From contig NW_022258259.1 of the NCBI RefSeq assembly GCF_009602425.1, positions 265,204 to 279,137 of the forward strand: 13,934 nucleotides of DNA. The letters run 5' to 3'. Under the pieces are notes generated by a model that did not search any database, was not told where the DNA came from, and saw nothing but the letters and a program-made list of their open reading frames with translations. Position 1 is the stretch's first letter; every line of letters starts with the position of its first letter. The DNA is from Actinia tenebrosa. Taxonomy: Eukaryota. Below, in pieces: positions 1-8,409 of the stretch. The position numbers were made by a program, and so were the translations under genes.

Positions 1-115
1 GGGGGGGGATGTGAGGATGGGGTGGAGGACGAGATGATGGGGGTGGGGGAGGAGATGATGGGGTGGAGGATAAGAGGATGGGTCGTGGGATGAGAGGGTG
101 TAGGATGTGAGGAAC
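1..115 (+). repeat. G-rich minisatellite, about five 20-bp units of the form GATGGGGTGGAGGAYRAGAG, with many GGG/GGGG runs
   Basis: Direct reading shows repeated gatgatgggg and tggaggat motifs. The G runs on the plus strand can form G-quadruplexes. Confidence 0.7.
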
Positions 116-1072
116 AAATACCCTCAAGAGCACAAGCACAAGAAAATGACCAAACAGTTTCTGGTCATGATTACAGGCCGAATTAGTTTTAGCTCATTAA
201 CTAGTCACATCTCATTTCTGGCTAAACGTTATTGGTTAAAATGACCCTGGCAATGCAAAGATTTGACCGGACAAGTCCCAGTTCTGGCTTGACATTGTCT
301 GAGGTCATTTTAAAGTGCCACTATGATGAAATTTTAATGTCTCCAATTTGTAATATTTAAACACTGTTTACTGTTTACTGTAAGTATTAAGTTTGTGCTA
401 ATTAGGAGTTTGATGACATCATATTCTCAACTTGCAGTTTACTTCAACATAGATCTCTGACAGAGAGTATTTGATAAATGTCATTTAAACTTTCCATTTT
501 GCTTGAATTCAATATTTGGAACATGAAAATGCACAAACTATTGTTGCTATGGTAACAGACTAGTTTCCAGTCTGGTGTCCAGCTTTTCACACTCTTCTGA
601 GAGACCTTGAGCCAATTACAATCTAAAGAGTCCATTTATATTGTCATAGTAACAATATATTTTATTATTTTAATATATAGCAATCTTAATAATATTTTTT
701 ATTATATAACACTTAAATATTTTGTATTAGTATTTTTCAAATTCATTGACAAGAGTACTGTCTCTTATTATGATTATTTTATTGCCTGTAATGCGCATTC
801 GATCATTTTCATGTATTTTGCACAATATAAGCTATTAAATTATGACTAATTATTACAAAATCCAAATACACAATACTTTTGACATTCATCTTTTGGTTCT
901 TCATGTTAGGGGGCATGGCCAAAGGCTTTCTCCATTAATTCTCACTGGCTATTTTTACTCCCTCCACAATACTTTACATGCTAAATTTCAATTTGTAATA
1001 TTATATGCTGCTGTAAGTTAGTTGAGTGTATAAACATTTCATGATCTATACACATTCTTTGTTTATTTGAAG

Positions 1073-1243
1073 CGTAATGACAAAGATGACCATATCTTCA
1101 AGGAATGCTACTACTCTTATACTGCTGAGGAGGCCATGGGGATATATATGGCTTTACATGACAAAATCAGCAGCCCCCCCTACAGCTTTGAAAGGGAGTG
1201 GTCACGCTTGTCCTACAAAATTGGTTCAGACAAGATGAAGGAA
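1073..1243 (+). CDS. PARP4: PARP4-like exon (first in window; acceptor AG at 1071-1072 is the only AG in the open frame, so start is tentative; donor GTAAGT at 1244). Encodes RNDKDDHIFKECYYSYTAEEAMGIYMALHDKISSPPYSFEREWSRLSYKIGSDKMKE
   Basis: Open frame 1034-1243 ends at a consensus donor (GAA|GTAAGT). Phase 0 joins exactly onto the next exon. The product runs straight into the PARP helical domain encoded downstream. Confidence 0.6.
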
Positions 1244-1302
1244 GTAAGTATAAACTCTTTCATGTACTATTTAACAAATCGCTCATAGATTTCCATTGTC
1301 TG

Positions 1303-1605
1303 GGTTTGTTTCCCACCAAGGGCATTTGATATTTTTCTCTTATTCTCTCTATTTCATTACACATACTGAATGCATCATTTATTACTATTATACTATCCTT
1401 TGTGTACATATTTACGGTGTTCAACTTACCTATAGAGAAAAAATATCGCTCTGGGATCCTCACGAGTACCCTACATTTCATATTCTGGCCGTATTACCAG
1501 AGTGGTTGGTCCTTGTTGTATAGTGGTTAACACTTCAGACTAGAATACCAAAGACATGGGTTCGATTCCCGCCAAGGGCATTTGATATTTTTCTCTTATT
1601 CTCTC
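1303..1605 (+). mobile_element. tRNA-derived SINE (family A). A 5'-truncated copy at about 1303-1393 is followed directly by a second copy at about 1394-1605, forming a tandem dimer
   Basis: A-box-like tatAGTGGTTAAcac and B-box GGGTTCGATTCCC are followed by the body aagggcatttgatatttttctcttattctctctatttcatt. The same about 250-bp sequence recurs at 13085-13315. Confidence 0.75.
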
Positions 1606-1694
1606 AATAAACTGATAGCCATGGATTTATTGTACCAGGAAGACAGTTGCTATGATCTTAATGTGTTCAGCAATATTGCTTTATATATTTACAG

Positions 1695-2012
1695 CAATGC
1701 ATAGAGGTACAGGAAACCAATGATGGTGTTCCACCAATCCTAGAGGTGACCAGTTTAGTTGACTACCTCTGGAAAGAGGCTGTAGGGTGTCTATCAGAAA
1801 CTTTGGCTGTACCTGTTGAAAGCTTGAAACTACAGACAGTACAAGAAGCAGAAGCAGTGCTGGTGTCAATGAAGGAATGTTTGGATAGGAATAATCATGA
1901 TGGACAAGAAATGAGGGAACTGTGGAAGGAGTTTTGTCATCTCATACCACATGAAGAGGAAGAGGTTGTCTTTGAGAAAAGCTTGATTGCTGAAAAACAG
2001 AACCTGTGTCAG
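1695..2012 (+). CDS. PARP4: PARP4-like exon, PARP helical (regulatory) subdomain: QCIEVQETNDGVPPILEVTSLVDYLWKEAVGCLSETLAVPVESLKLQTVQEAEAVLVSMKECLDRNNHDGQEMRELWKEFCHLIPHEEEEVVFEKSLIAEKQNLCQ
   Basis: Acceptor tttatatatttacAG|caa at 1693-1694 and donor CAG|GTATGG at 2013. In-frame stop at 1659-1661 upstream. The motif EFCHLIPHEEE corresponds to the PARP1 helical-domain motif RFYTLIPHDFG. Confidence 0.85.
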
Positions 2013-2081
2013 GTATGGATGATTGGGCGGTAGATGGATGAGTGGATGAATGGAAACATGTATATATGAATGAATGGGTAA

Positions 2082-2112
2082 TATATAAATAGATGGATGG
2101 ATGGATGGATTT
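2082..2112. repeat. (GGAT)n microsatellite, in GATG/GAATG-rich surroundings from 2020 to 2115
   Basis: tagatggatggatggatggatgga. Confidence 0.85.
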
Positions 2113-2426
2113 GATTTTGCAGGTACTTGTTGTATGACAATGTGAGACTTTCACAGGCTCTAGCTAAGTGAAATTCTAAAATTGAATTTGAAAAGAAAGA
2201 AAGAAAGAATGAAATACTGATAAATAAAAATTGTAAATTAGTATTTAAAAAAATTGAAATTCAAAATTAAGGCATCTAACCTGGTGAAAGTCCAGAAATT
2301 ATATTTAAGATGGATTATATCATACATTGAAAATGAAGTGAGAAAAAATATAATTGTTAAATTGCATACCAGGCAATAACAAAAATAATTCTTATTAATA
2401 TTTATTTTTGATCTCTGTATATATAG

Positions 2427-2590
2427 CTGATAAGAGATATTGTGACAGTCAGTGAATCAACCAACATGTCTAAAATCAGCAGCCAGATTGCTAAGTACAG
2501 AGCCTTACGGTGCCATATTGAACACTTGGATGAGGGAGAGGAGGAGTTTGTGAAGATTAAAGAGTCTGTGATGTCAAGCCTGACTGATGG
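2427..2590 (+). CDS. PARP4: PARP4-like exon, helical domain continued: LIRDIVTVSESTNMSKISSQIAKYRALRCHIEHLDEGEEEFVKIKESVMSSLTD(G)
   Basis: Acceptor ctctgtatatatAG at 2425-2426 and donor GG|GTAAGG at 2591. Ends in phase 2, and the carried GG plus the C of the next exon gives Gly. Too short for the 60-aa ORF track but open in frame. Confidence 0.8.
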
Positions 2591-2765
2591 GTAAGGTTTG
2601 AAAGATGAAATATAAAAAGGAGTAATTTATGAATTTATGAGACTTCATAAGAGTGGGAAAGGATACTAAACTATAGGTACATATGGTATTCATGTCAGTA
2701 TCCAGTCAAACACCCAAAGTCAACTAACATGAATGAGTTGATAATTGGACAAGTGGACTGTAAAC

Positions 2766-3035
2766 TGCAGGCCCGTAGCTAGGGTGGGTGCAGGGGGTGT
2801 GTTCGCACCCCCCCCCCCCCCCCCCCCCCTAAACGGCCTCTTTTTAAGCAAGTGAGATTTTGGCTGGTATGATATTTTCACGTAAAACCAAGTAAAAAAA
2901 ATCAATTTTACTTTAATAATTTATCTATACCTATGCATCCTATGGGACTTTTAAAAAATAAAGTAATACATGGTTGGTCCACTTTTTGTAAATTAGCACC
3001 CCCCCAACAAAAATCCTAGCTACGGGCCTGAAACC
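2766..3035. mobile_element. MITE-like element with 16-bp perfect terminal inverted repeats (caggcccgtagctagg / cctagctacgggcctg) and an internal 22-nt poly-C tract
   Basis: The TIRs lie at 2768-2783 and 3017-3032. Imperfect sub-terminal inverted similarity extends about 35 bp. Poly-C runs 2808-2829. Confidence 0.6.
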
Positions 3036-3368
3036 AGTATGATATTCATCTTTTATGAGATAGCAAACATAGTAAGCATGGCTAAGGAAAGACATTTTAG
3101 CTATCCTTTTAAAACCAAATGGGATCTTTGTTATTGCAATAACCCAGTGCAGTGTCAGATGTGAGTATGATGGGTCAAAATTGCAGCTTCACATTATTGT
3201 CTAGCTTTTGATGTGGAAACCTGAACATAATCGCGATACTTTTAACCAACATCAATATAAATAAATGTTTTTAAATCCAACTTTACCACTTTGAGGTGGG
3301 TGGAAAGCCTTACAGGTCTGCAGCCCAATTACAAGGCAACCAATAGATCAAATTAGAATGTGGAAGCT

Positions 3369-3540
3369 GATTTTTGTTGAGGGAGAAAAACAAGAGAACC
3401 TGGAGAAAAACCCTTGAAGGAATCCTGAGAGAACCAACAAACCACTCAAGTCACATACTACACCGAGCCAGGTGGGGCTCCAACCCAGGTCTCATTGGCG
3501 AGAGGCGTGCAAACTTACCATTACAGCACCAGTGCTTCCC
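3369..3540 (-). mobile_element. tRNA-derived SINE (family B), minus orientation, copy 1
   Basis: Reverse complement reads as a tRNA-like head followed by a conserved central block (gagaacctggagaaaaaccc..gagagaaccaacaaac on the plus strand). Shared with copies at 6014-6158 and 7955-8110. Confidence 0.65.
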
Positions 3541-3719
3541 ATAGATTATGCCTGTATTTACCAATTTAGTAGTTTACCAATTTTTTGATGAGTAGACTAA
3601 TGCTTGCTGCCCATGAAATGTTTCCTTGGACAATATTATCAATATTAGTTGCAGTGCAAGTGAATCTGTTTCATCTGTGGAAAAAACAAACTTTATTAAC
3701 TTTTTAAATTTTTTTCCAG

Positions 3720-3822
3720 CTCAATCAGAGTTTTGAATATTTTTTCCCTTGATCGCCCAGTGGAAGAAAGTAACTTCACCCATCACCTTGACAACAAGAA
3801 ACTTCTTTATCATGCATCAAGA
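3720..3822 (+). CDS. PARP4: PARP4-like exon, start of ART catalytic fold with the H of the H-Y-E triad: (G)SIRVLNIFSLDRPVEESNFTHHLDNKKLLYHASR
   Basis: Acceptor tttttccAG|c at 3718-3719 and donor AGA|GTAAGG at 3823. VLNIFSLDR and LLYHASR match PARP1 VIDIFKIER and LLWHGSR. The phase joins exactly to exon 3. Confidence 0.85.
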
Positions 3823-3989
3823 GTAAGGAATTGAATTGAGAGATTATGCATTCATTAATGTAATTGTCTTCTGGCTGTCCCACTATTTTTGACATATATT
3901 AGTTATTATGTATATGTATAAGAAGATGTAACTAGCTAAAAACTAGTGTGAGCTGCGTCAGTGTTTTTAATAAAACAGTAATGATGAAA

Positions 3990-4136
3990 AGGTAAATTAT
4001 ACACCGTGAAAAAGATGAAAAAACTTACTGACATTTCGGACACTAGTCCTTCGTCGGAGTAAAAGAGGGATATGAGCGCTCTGAGGAATTAGTGGATTTA
4101 GCGCTATATAAATAAATATTATTATTATTATTATAT
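3990..4136 (+). mobile_element. Candidate retroposon or SINE 3' end terminating in an (ATT)n tail
   Basis: A non-AT-rich block (ttcggacactagtccttcgtcggagtaaaagagggatatgagcgctctgaggaattagtggatttagcgctatataaataaat) is followed immediately by attattattattattat. No second copy in the window to confirm it. Confidence 0.3.
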
Positions 4137-4411
4137 GTAAACTATACTCGTTCCCAATATGGCACACTCTCACTCACACACACTACCACTACATTCATTA
4201 TTTTTATGGCTACAACTCTCAACTCACTTGCTGATTTTCATTGAGTAAGGAGAATCTGGAGAAACCCCTTGTGGGAAGAAGAGAACTTTTTGCATTCACA
4301 GTCAAACAACTATTTTATCACTACACCATTTCCCTTTTGACCAATTATGTTCATAAGTTGTTATACAGTTGACCCTCAGTTGACTTTAAACATAAAAATT
4401 ATGTTTTTCAG

Positions 4412-4440
4412 GTCAGTAATTTTGTGGGAATCCTTTCAAG
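4412..4440 (+). CDS. PARP4: PARP4-like micro-exon: VSNFVGILS(R), corresponding to PARP1 TTNFAGILSQG
   Basis: Acceptor atgtttttcAG at 4410-4411 and donor AAG|GTAAGT at 4441. 29 nt, ends in phase 2. Confidence 0.8.
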
Positions 4441-4519
4441 GTAAGTAGCTTCTGTTCTAGTTCTTTAAAGTGTTGTTTTGAATGTATAATATCATGAGAC
4501 TGTGTTTTTTTTCTCATAG

Positions 4520-4618
4520 AGGTCTTCTCCTTCCCAAGATTGTTGTAGATGATTTTGGTGGCAAAAGATCAGATCCAGGAATGCTTGGGAGTGGTATCTA
4601 CTTTGGAAGTTCAGCAAG
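4520..4618 (+). CDS. PARP4: PARP4-like exon with the GIYF motif (Y of the triad): (R)GLLLPKIVVDDFGGKRSDPGMLGSGIYFGSSA(S)
   Basis: Acceptor tttttttctcatAG at 4518-4519 and donor CAAG|GTACCA at 4619. GSGIYFGSS corresponds to PARP1 GKGIYFADM. Confidence 0.85.
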
Positions 4619-4636
4619 GTACCATTTTATGCTTAA

Positions 4637-4800
4637 ATACCACTGTAATTGTTGATGATGATGATGAAACTGAAAAGATTGAAAATAATGGGGGTGATGA
4701 TGATGGTGATTGTGGTAATTGATGATAGTAAAGATGATGATGATAGTAATGATGGTGATGATGATAGTGTTCAGGATTATTTAATGATGATGGTGGTGGT
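4637..4800. repeat. GAT/GGT-rich imperfect trinucleotide minisatellite, (GATGAT/GGTGAT)n
   Basis: gatgatgatgatga..ggtgatgatgatggtgat..gatgatgatagtaatgatggtgatgatgat. Lies 20 bp after the exon 6 donor. Confidence 0.8.
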
Positions 4801-4878
4801 AATGCTGTATTTATGAAAGTATTTGATGAGTTATACAAAAATTATTATATAATGATATGACCATTGATAATCTGATCA

Positions 4879-5036
4879 ATAGAGGCTTTGCACCGTGATG
4901 GCAGCCATGACAGGGGGCACAACAATGGAGTCGTACTCCCCTGGGAAACAGAATTCTTTCTGATGTAAATTTGATTAGACCAGATTCAATTGTTCCTGCC
5001 TCCTGTCATGGCTGTGCTATCACATGATTGGTGCAA
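4879..5036. mobile_element. Palindromic MITE, family P, copy 1
   Basis: Long TIRs (gcaccgtgatggcagccatgacagg ... cctgtcatggctgtgctatcacatgattggtgc). The internal 80 bp is about 90% identical to the copy at 9578-9745. Confidence 0.7.
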
Positions 5037-5270
5037 ATTAGCTTCTATAAGTATTCAGTCAAGACTTTCAGGTTAAGACTTTCAGATATATATAAGCACC
5101 ATGATGACATTTGCTTAAACACCTTTAACAGCATTAGAGAAGAGGATAAGCGTAAACTCAGAAAGCTTTTGCCGCCAGCGTTTGACTCGTGTTACAAGCT
5201 GAGACATGCCCCCCTGGGGGGGGGGTACTCTTGCCCGTTTAGGGCAGGGATGTGCCGCTGAGCCTTCTGA

Positions 5271-5448
5271 ACCCTGACCTTGTTCCAGAGTAAAATCGCT
5301 GAAATTCATACCCTGTTCCAGAGCAAGACTGCTGAAAATCATACCCTGTTCCGGTATTGCGAAAATAGATACCCTGTTCCAGAGCGAGTGCCATTTTATA
5401 TACCTTGTTCCAGAGTAGAATCCCTGAAAACCATACCCTGTTTGGCCG
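5271..5448. repeat. Minisatellite of about six units of 28-33 bp (ATACCCTGTTCCAGAG-N8-10-CTGAAAATC)
   Basis: Directly visible periodic recurrence of ataccctgttccagag. It accounts for the repetitive minus-strand ORFs at 5115-5466. Confidence 0.8.
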
Positions 5449-5532
5449 CATGTACCCATATAGCAATGTATTTTAGTAGGCTATCTATCTAGTTCATAAA
5501 GGTCTTATGGCTTTATATATGGTATCTTTCAG

Positions 5533-5614
5533 CACCAGTGCAAAGTACTCAGCACGTGGTTCCATGGGCTCCAGATTCATGCTCATTAATGAAGTAGCTT
5601 TAGGTAGAACCAAG
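5533..5614 (+). CDS. PARP4: PARP4-like exon: (S)TSAKYSARGSMGSRFMLINEVALGRTK, corresponding to PARP1 SKSANYCHTS...LILLGEVALG
   Basis: Acceptor ggtatctttcAG at 5531-5532 and donor AAG|GTAGGT at 5615. The phase is consistent with exon 6. Confidence 0.85.
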
Positions 5615-5740
5615 GTAGGTTACTATATCCCTCACTAACCCACACAAGTTGTCACTCGGTGTAAATATAACACAGTTGCAAATACTTTGATAAAGGGCTA
5701 CCTTTCTTCATAATTATATTTCATATGTTTTTGTTGGTAG

Positions 5741-5839
5741 AGATACAGATACTTCGAAAAAGGACTAACAGCTGCTCCAGAAGGTTATCATAGTACTCAT
5801 GGTGTTGCAGAATCCAACCAAGAGACATCAGATTTCAAG
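5741..5839 (+). CDS. PARP4: PARP4-like exon: RYRYFEKGLTAAPEGYHSTHGVAESNQETSDFK
   Basis: Acceptor tttttgttggtAG at 5739-5740 and donor AAG|GTATAA at 5840. 33 codons in phase 0. Corresponds to the PARP1 region LPKGKHSVKGLGKTTPDP. Confidence 0.8.
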
Positions 5840-6013
5840 GTATAACTTAAAGTGAGAAGCTTTATTTCAATAACCCATGTCGCATGGCTCTCAACCTTTA
5901 AAACCAGTTAGAAAGTGCATTTAAAAAAATGAAAATATAATATGAAATAAATGGGAATTAACAGTGGTTCTAGAGTGGCTCTTCCATTGGATTCCAGTTG
6001 GAATTTAGAAGTT

Positions 6014-6158
6014 AATTTTTATGGAGGGAGAACCTAGAGAAAAACCTTTGAAGTACAGGAGAGACCCAACAAGCTACTTTACTTACATAGGAGGCTGAAT
6101 TCAGGAATGGACATAGGTCGGCTTGGTGAGAGGCGAGCCCTCACAACCTGTAGTTCCC
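6014..6158 (-). mobile_element. tRNA-derived SINE (family B), copy 2, more diverged
   Basis: Shares ggagggagaacctagagaaaaacctttgaag..gagagacccaacaag..ggtgagaggcgagc with the other two copies. Confidence 0.55.
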
Positions 6159-6191
6159 TAAATTAATTAATGTTGTCTGTAATGTTGACAG

Positions 6192-6235
6192 GATGATGAA
6201 TTTGTTATCTACAACACTAACCAGCAAAGAATGAG
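6192..6235 (+). CDS. PARP4: PARP4-like exon with the catalytic Glu: DDEFVIYNTNQQRM(R), corresponding to PARP1 YNEYIVYDIAQVNLK
   Basis: Acceptor aatgttgacAG at 6190-6191 and donor GAG|GTAAGT at 6236. 44 nt, ends in phase 2. Confidence 0.8.
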
Positions 6236-6505
6236 GTAAGTATTAAGGCAGGTTATAATTAGTTTAATATCTTAAGGGGGTCTTGCCTATAACAGACTCG
6301 GTTGCTATGGATGGATTTAAATGTTCAAAAAGGGTTTCTTACATTTTAAAACCTCAATCATTATATAAAACCAAATGCTGACGGATCATTTTCAAAGTGC
6401 AATGATGTCATCACTAGTACTTAACCTATGACATCATTATTTTGTCTCAGTTTAAACCCAAAATATATCTGGGCTGATCTAAGTCAAAACATGAATAACT
6501 CACAA

Positions 6506-6546
<41 letters not shown>

Positions 6547-6560
6547 TAGATAGATAGATA
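6506..6560. repeat. (CAGA)n(TAGA)n microsatellite; on the minus strand this is a (CTAT)n(CTGT)n tail abutting the LINE 3' end
   Basis: Directly visible as agacagacagaca...gatagatagatag. Confidence 0.9.
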
Positions 6561-7415
6561 GATAGATTCCTTTATTTAAACACGGACGTCTCATCAGTAA
6601 AAATACATAAATATAAAAATGCAAACAAAATTAAATACAATGAATTACAAAAACAAATTTAAATAACTGCTTTCCATGAGTGCCGTGTGAAGCTTAGTCC
6701 TGGTTCGTAGAAGAAATACTTTTTGCAACCAGACTTGAAGGCCTTTAGGGACTTGGCCGTTCTTAATTCGGTCGGCAATTTAAACCATTCCATAAGGAGG
6801 CTCCTGAATAGCTAAAACTTTTTTTCAAAGAATTTGTTTGTGGCAACGGGAGGGCAAGCTTTCCAACAGTGTCCCTCAGAGAATAACTATTAATGCTAGA
6901 ACTATTTACAATTTTCGCATAAAGATAACCAGGAGCTAAGTTATGTACTGATTTATAGACCATACCAGTAGCTAAACGCATTTGTCATTCGGTCTCGAGT
7001 TTAGGCCTTCAAAATGCTAGAGTACAAACACTATAAGTGTGTAACATAAATACCACTAAATACTGCTAAATTATGCTAATCCTGTTGTTTTCTATTGTTT
7101 AATTTTTAGTGTTTGCACTCTATCACCATCAGAATCATAACTTGAATGTTTAACGATACGAGCAGCACGATTCTGAAGCTTTTGAAGCTTGGTGGCCGAA
7201 GACTTGCCATAGTTTCCCCAAACCTCATTACAATAATCAAAATTAGGTTGAATCAGGGAATTCTAAATAATTATTAATTTTCGAAAGGAACAAAACAACA
7301 AGGAAAGCTTTAAAGCCCCAATACTGGAAGCAATTTTTTTGTAAAGCTTGTCAATTTGTTCCTTCCAAGAAAGGTTTTGATCAATGATCACACCTAAGGC
7401 CTTAGTAGAAGGTAC
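6561..7415 (-). mobile_element. 5'-truncated non-LTR retrotransposon fragment (CR1/L2/RTE-type reverse transcriptase C-terminal region plus 3' UTR)
   Basis: Minus-strand translation gives LGVIIDQNLSWKEQIDKLYKKIASSIGALK, then IQPNFDYCNEVWGN..KLQKLQNRAARIV, then RDTVGKLALPLPQTNSLKKSFSYSGASLWNGLN. These fit the conserved CR1/L2-type C-terminal motifs (L.YC..VW, VQ.RA.R.I, SF..R....WNSLP). Stops and frameshifts interrupt it. It ends in a microsatellite tail. Confidence 0.75.
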
Positions 7416-7575
7416 CTATTTGAAAGACGAGCCATTGATCACTGAAAGAATATCTGGGCTAATCAAAGTCGGGGCAGGCTAACTCAGATCAAATTGGATT
7501 AATTAACAATTATAATTAACAACTTTTAAATCCTAATAAGGCTTTTGCCTGATTTTTTTTGTTTTCTTTTATTAG

Positions 7576-7694
7576 GTACCTTGTGGAATTTAGCCTGGAT
7601 GGAGAGTATGTACGCAAGCGTCATATTGATTTTGCTCTTATGTCCAACCTTGAACAAGAAGATGAACCATTAGCACTGACACAACCTGATGAAG
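7576..7694 (+). CDS. PARP4: PARP4-like exon, end of the catalytic domain plus linker: (R)YLVEFSLDGEYVRKRHIDFALMSNLEQEDEPLALTQPDE(D)
   Basis: Acceptor ttttgttttcttttattAG at 7574-7575. RMRYLVEFSL corresponds to PARP1 LKYLLKLKF. The donor is placed at GAAG|GTACTA (7695) because only this phase-1 end joins in frame to the next, VIT-encoding exon. The frame also stays open to a TAA at 7874-7876, a possible read-through. Confidence 0.65.
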
Positions 7695-7954
7695 GTACTA
7701 CAGATGAAAATTTCCTTCGTGCGTTTTACTGCTTTGAAAGATTTTCACTTTTATTGCCTGTACTTTTGCCACAACCTGTTACATTAACCAATGGTTATAA
7801 TGGTTATACTCCTCATGGTTATAAATTGCGCGGCAGGATTATTGCTGCCATTCTGAATTTCAATTTATCACTATAAAAAATACCAAAACTCTGATTTTTC
7901 ACCCCTAAGAGGTATGTCGAGCATACCCGATACTTTTAGCCTGGGGTATCTTCC

Positions 7955-8110
7955 CATTTGTGGAGGAAGGAAAACCGGAGAACCTGGAAAAAAAACCTCG
8001 AAGCACAGGAGAGAACCAACAAACAACTTTACTCACATATGACCCCGAGCTTGGTGGGGATCGAACGCGGGTCGCATGATGAGAGGCGAGCGAACTTACC
8101 GCTACACCGC
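7955..8110 (-). mobile_element. tRNA-derived SINE (family B), copy 3, best-preserved head
   Basis: Reverse complement GCGGTGTAGCGGTAAGTTCGCTCGCC...GCGACCCGCGTTCGATCCCCACC carries an A box (TAGCGGTAAG) and a B box (GTTCGATCC). The central block matches copies 1 and 2. Confidence 0.7.
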
Positions 8111-8272
8111 TTTAGTAAATATTATGCTTATACTTCAAATCTAGATATGTCAGTCATCTTTCGTTTTCTTTTCTCACCTTCCTATTTGTTTGTTTGTTTG
8201 TTTGACTATCGCTTTCAACTGTTTGTTTTTTGTTCATTTATCATTCATTAATTCATTCCATTTTTCAAACAG

Positions 8273-8409
8273 ACATAGATCTGTCTGATGTGACATCAAT
8301 AGTAGACCCTCTGTCTAAAGTAAAGGCAGGTCTTAAGGGCAGTGGTGATCAACCAGTACCTCTACAAGCTGTCCATGTTAGAGCAAAACTACTGGATCTT
8401 GTTGCACAG
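8273..8409 (+). CDS. PARP4: PARP4-like exon, start of VIT domain: (D)IDLSDVTSIVDPLSKVKAGLKGSGDQPVPLQAVHVRAKLLDLVAQ
   Basis: Acceptor ccatttttcaaacAG at 8271-8272 and donor CAG|GTAACA at 8410. The last 30 nt of this exon and its donor are copied three times in tandem in the downstream intron. Confidence 0.75.

Noticed and set aside
236-318. Short inverted repeat ttaaaatgacc ... ggtcattttaa, plus a 7-bp palindrome with a 9-nt loop at 148-170
   Set aside because: The arms are only 9-11 bp in AT-rich DNA, there is no second copy and no TSD. This is within chance expectation.
607-849. Plus-strand 80-aa ORF in extremely AT-rich sequence
   Set aside because: Low-complexity I/Y/F/N-rich translation of AT-rich intergenic or intronic DNA, with no splice signals tying it to the gene.
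1500-1575. tRNA gene candidates (ggttaacacttcagactagaataccaaagacatgggttcgattcccgcc; also 13180-13250 and, on the minus strand, 8040-8110 and 3470-3540)
   Set aside because: Each tRNA-like segment is embedded in a longer repeated element with a conserved non-tRNA body and occurs in multiple diverged copies. Acceptor and anticodon stems do not pair cleanly. They are SINE heads, not functional tRNA genes.
4611-4838. Minus-strand 75-aa ORF rich in His, Tyr and Ser (HHHHHYYHHHLYYH...)
   Set aside because: It is simply the translation of the GAT/GGT trinucleotide minisatellite on the opposite strand of an intron. It has no start context and no codon-usage signal.
5115-5466. Overlapping minus-strand ORFs of 114 and 75 aa with repeated LEQG / FQ..YSGT peptide motifs
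   Set aside because: The periodic peptide mirrors the 28-33-bp minisatellite at 5271-5448. It is a repeat artefact, not a coding sequence.
7958-8251. Plus-strand 97-aa ORF (MWRKENRRTWKKNLEAQERTNKQ...)
   Set aside because: It runs antisense through the family-B SINE copy 3 and the (TTTG)n tract. Its low-complexity composition comes from the SINE central domain.
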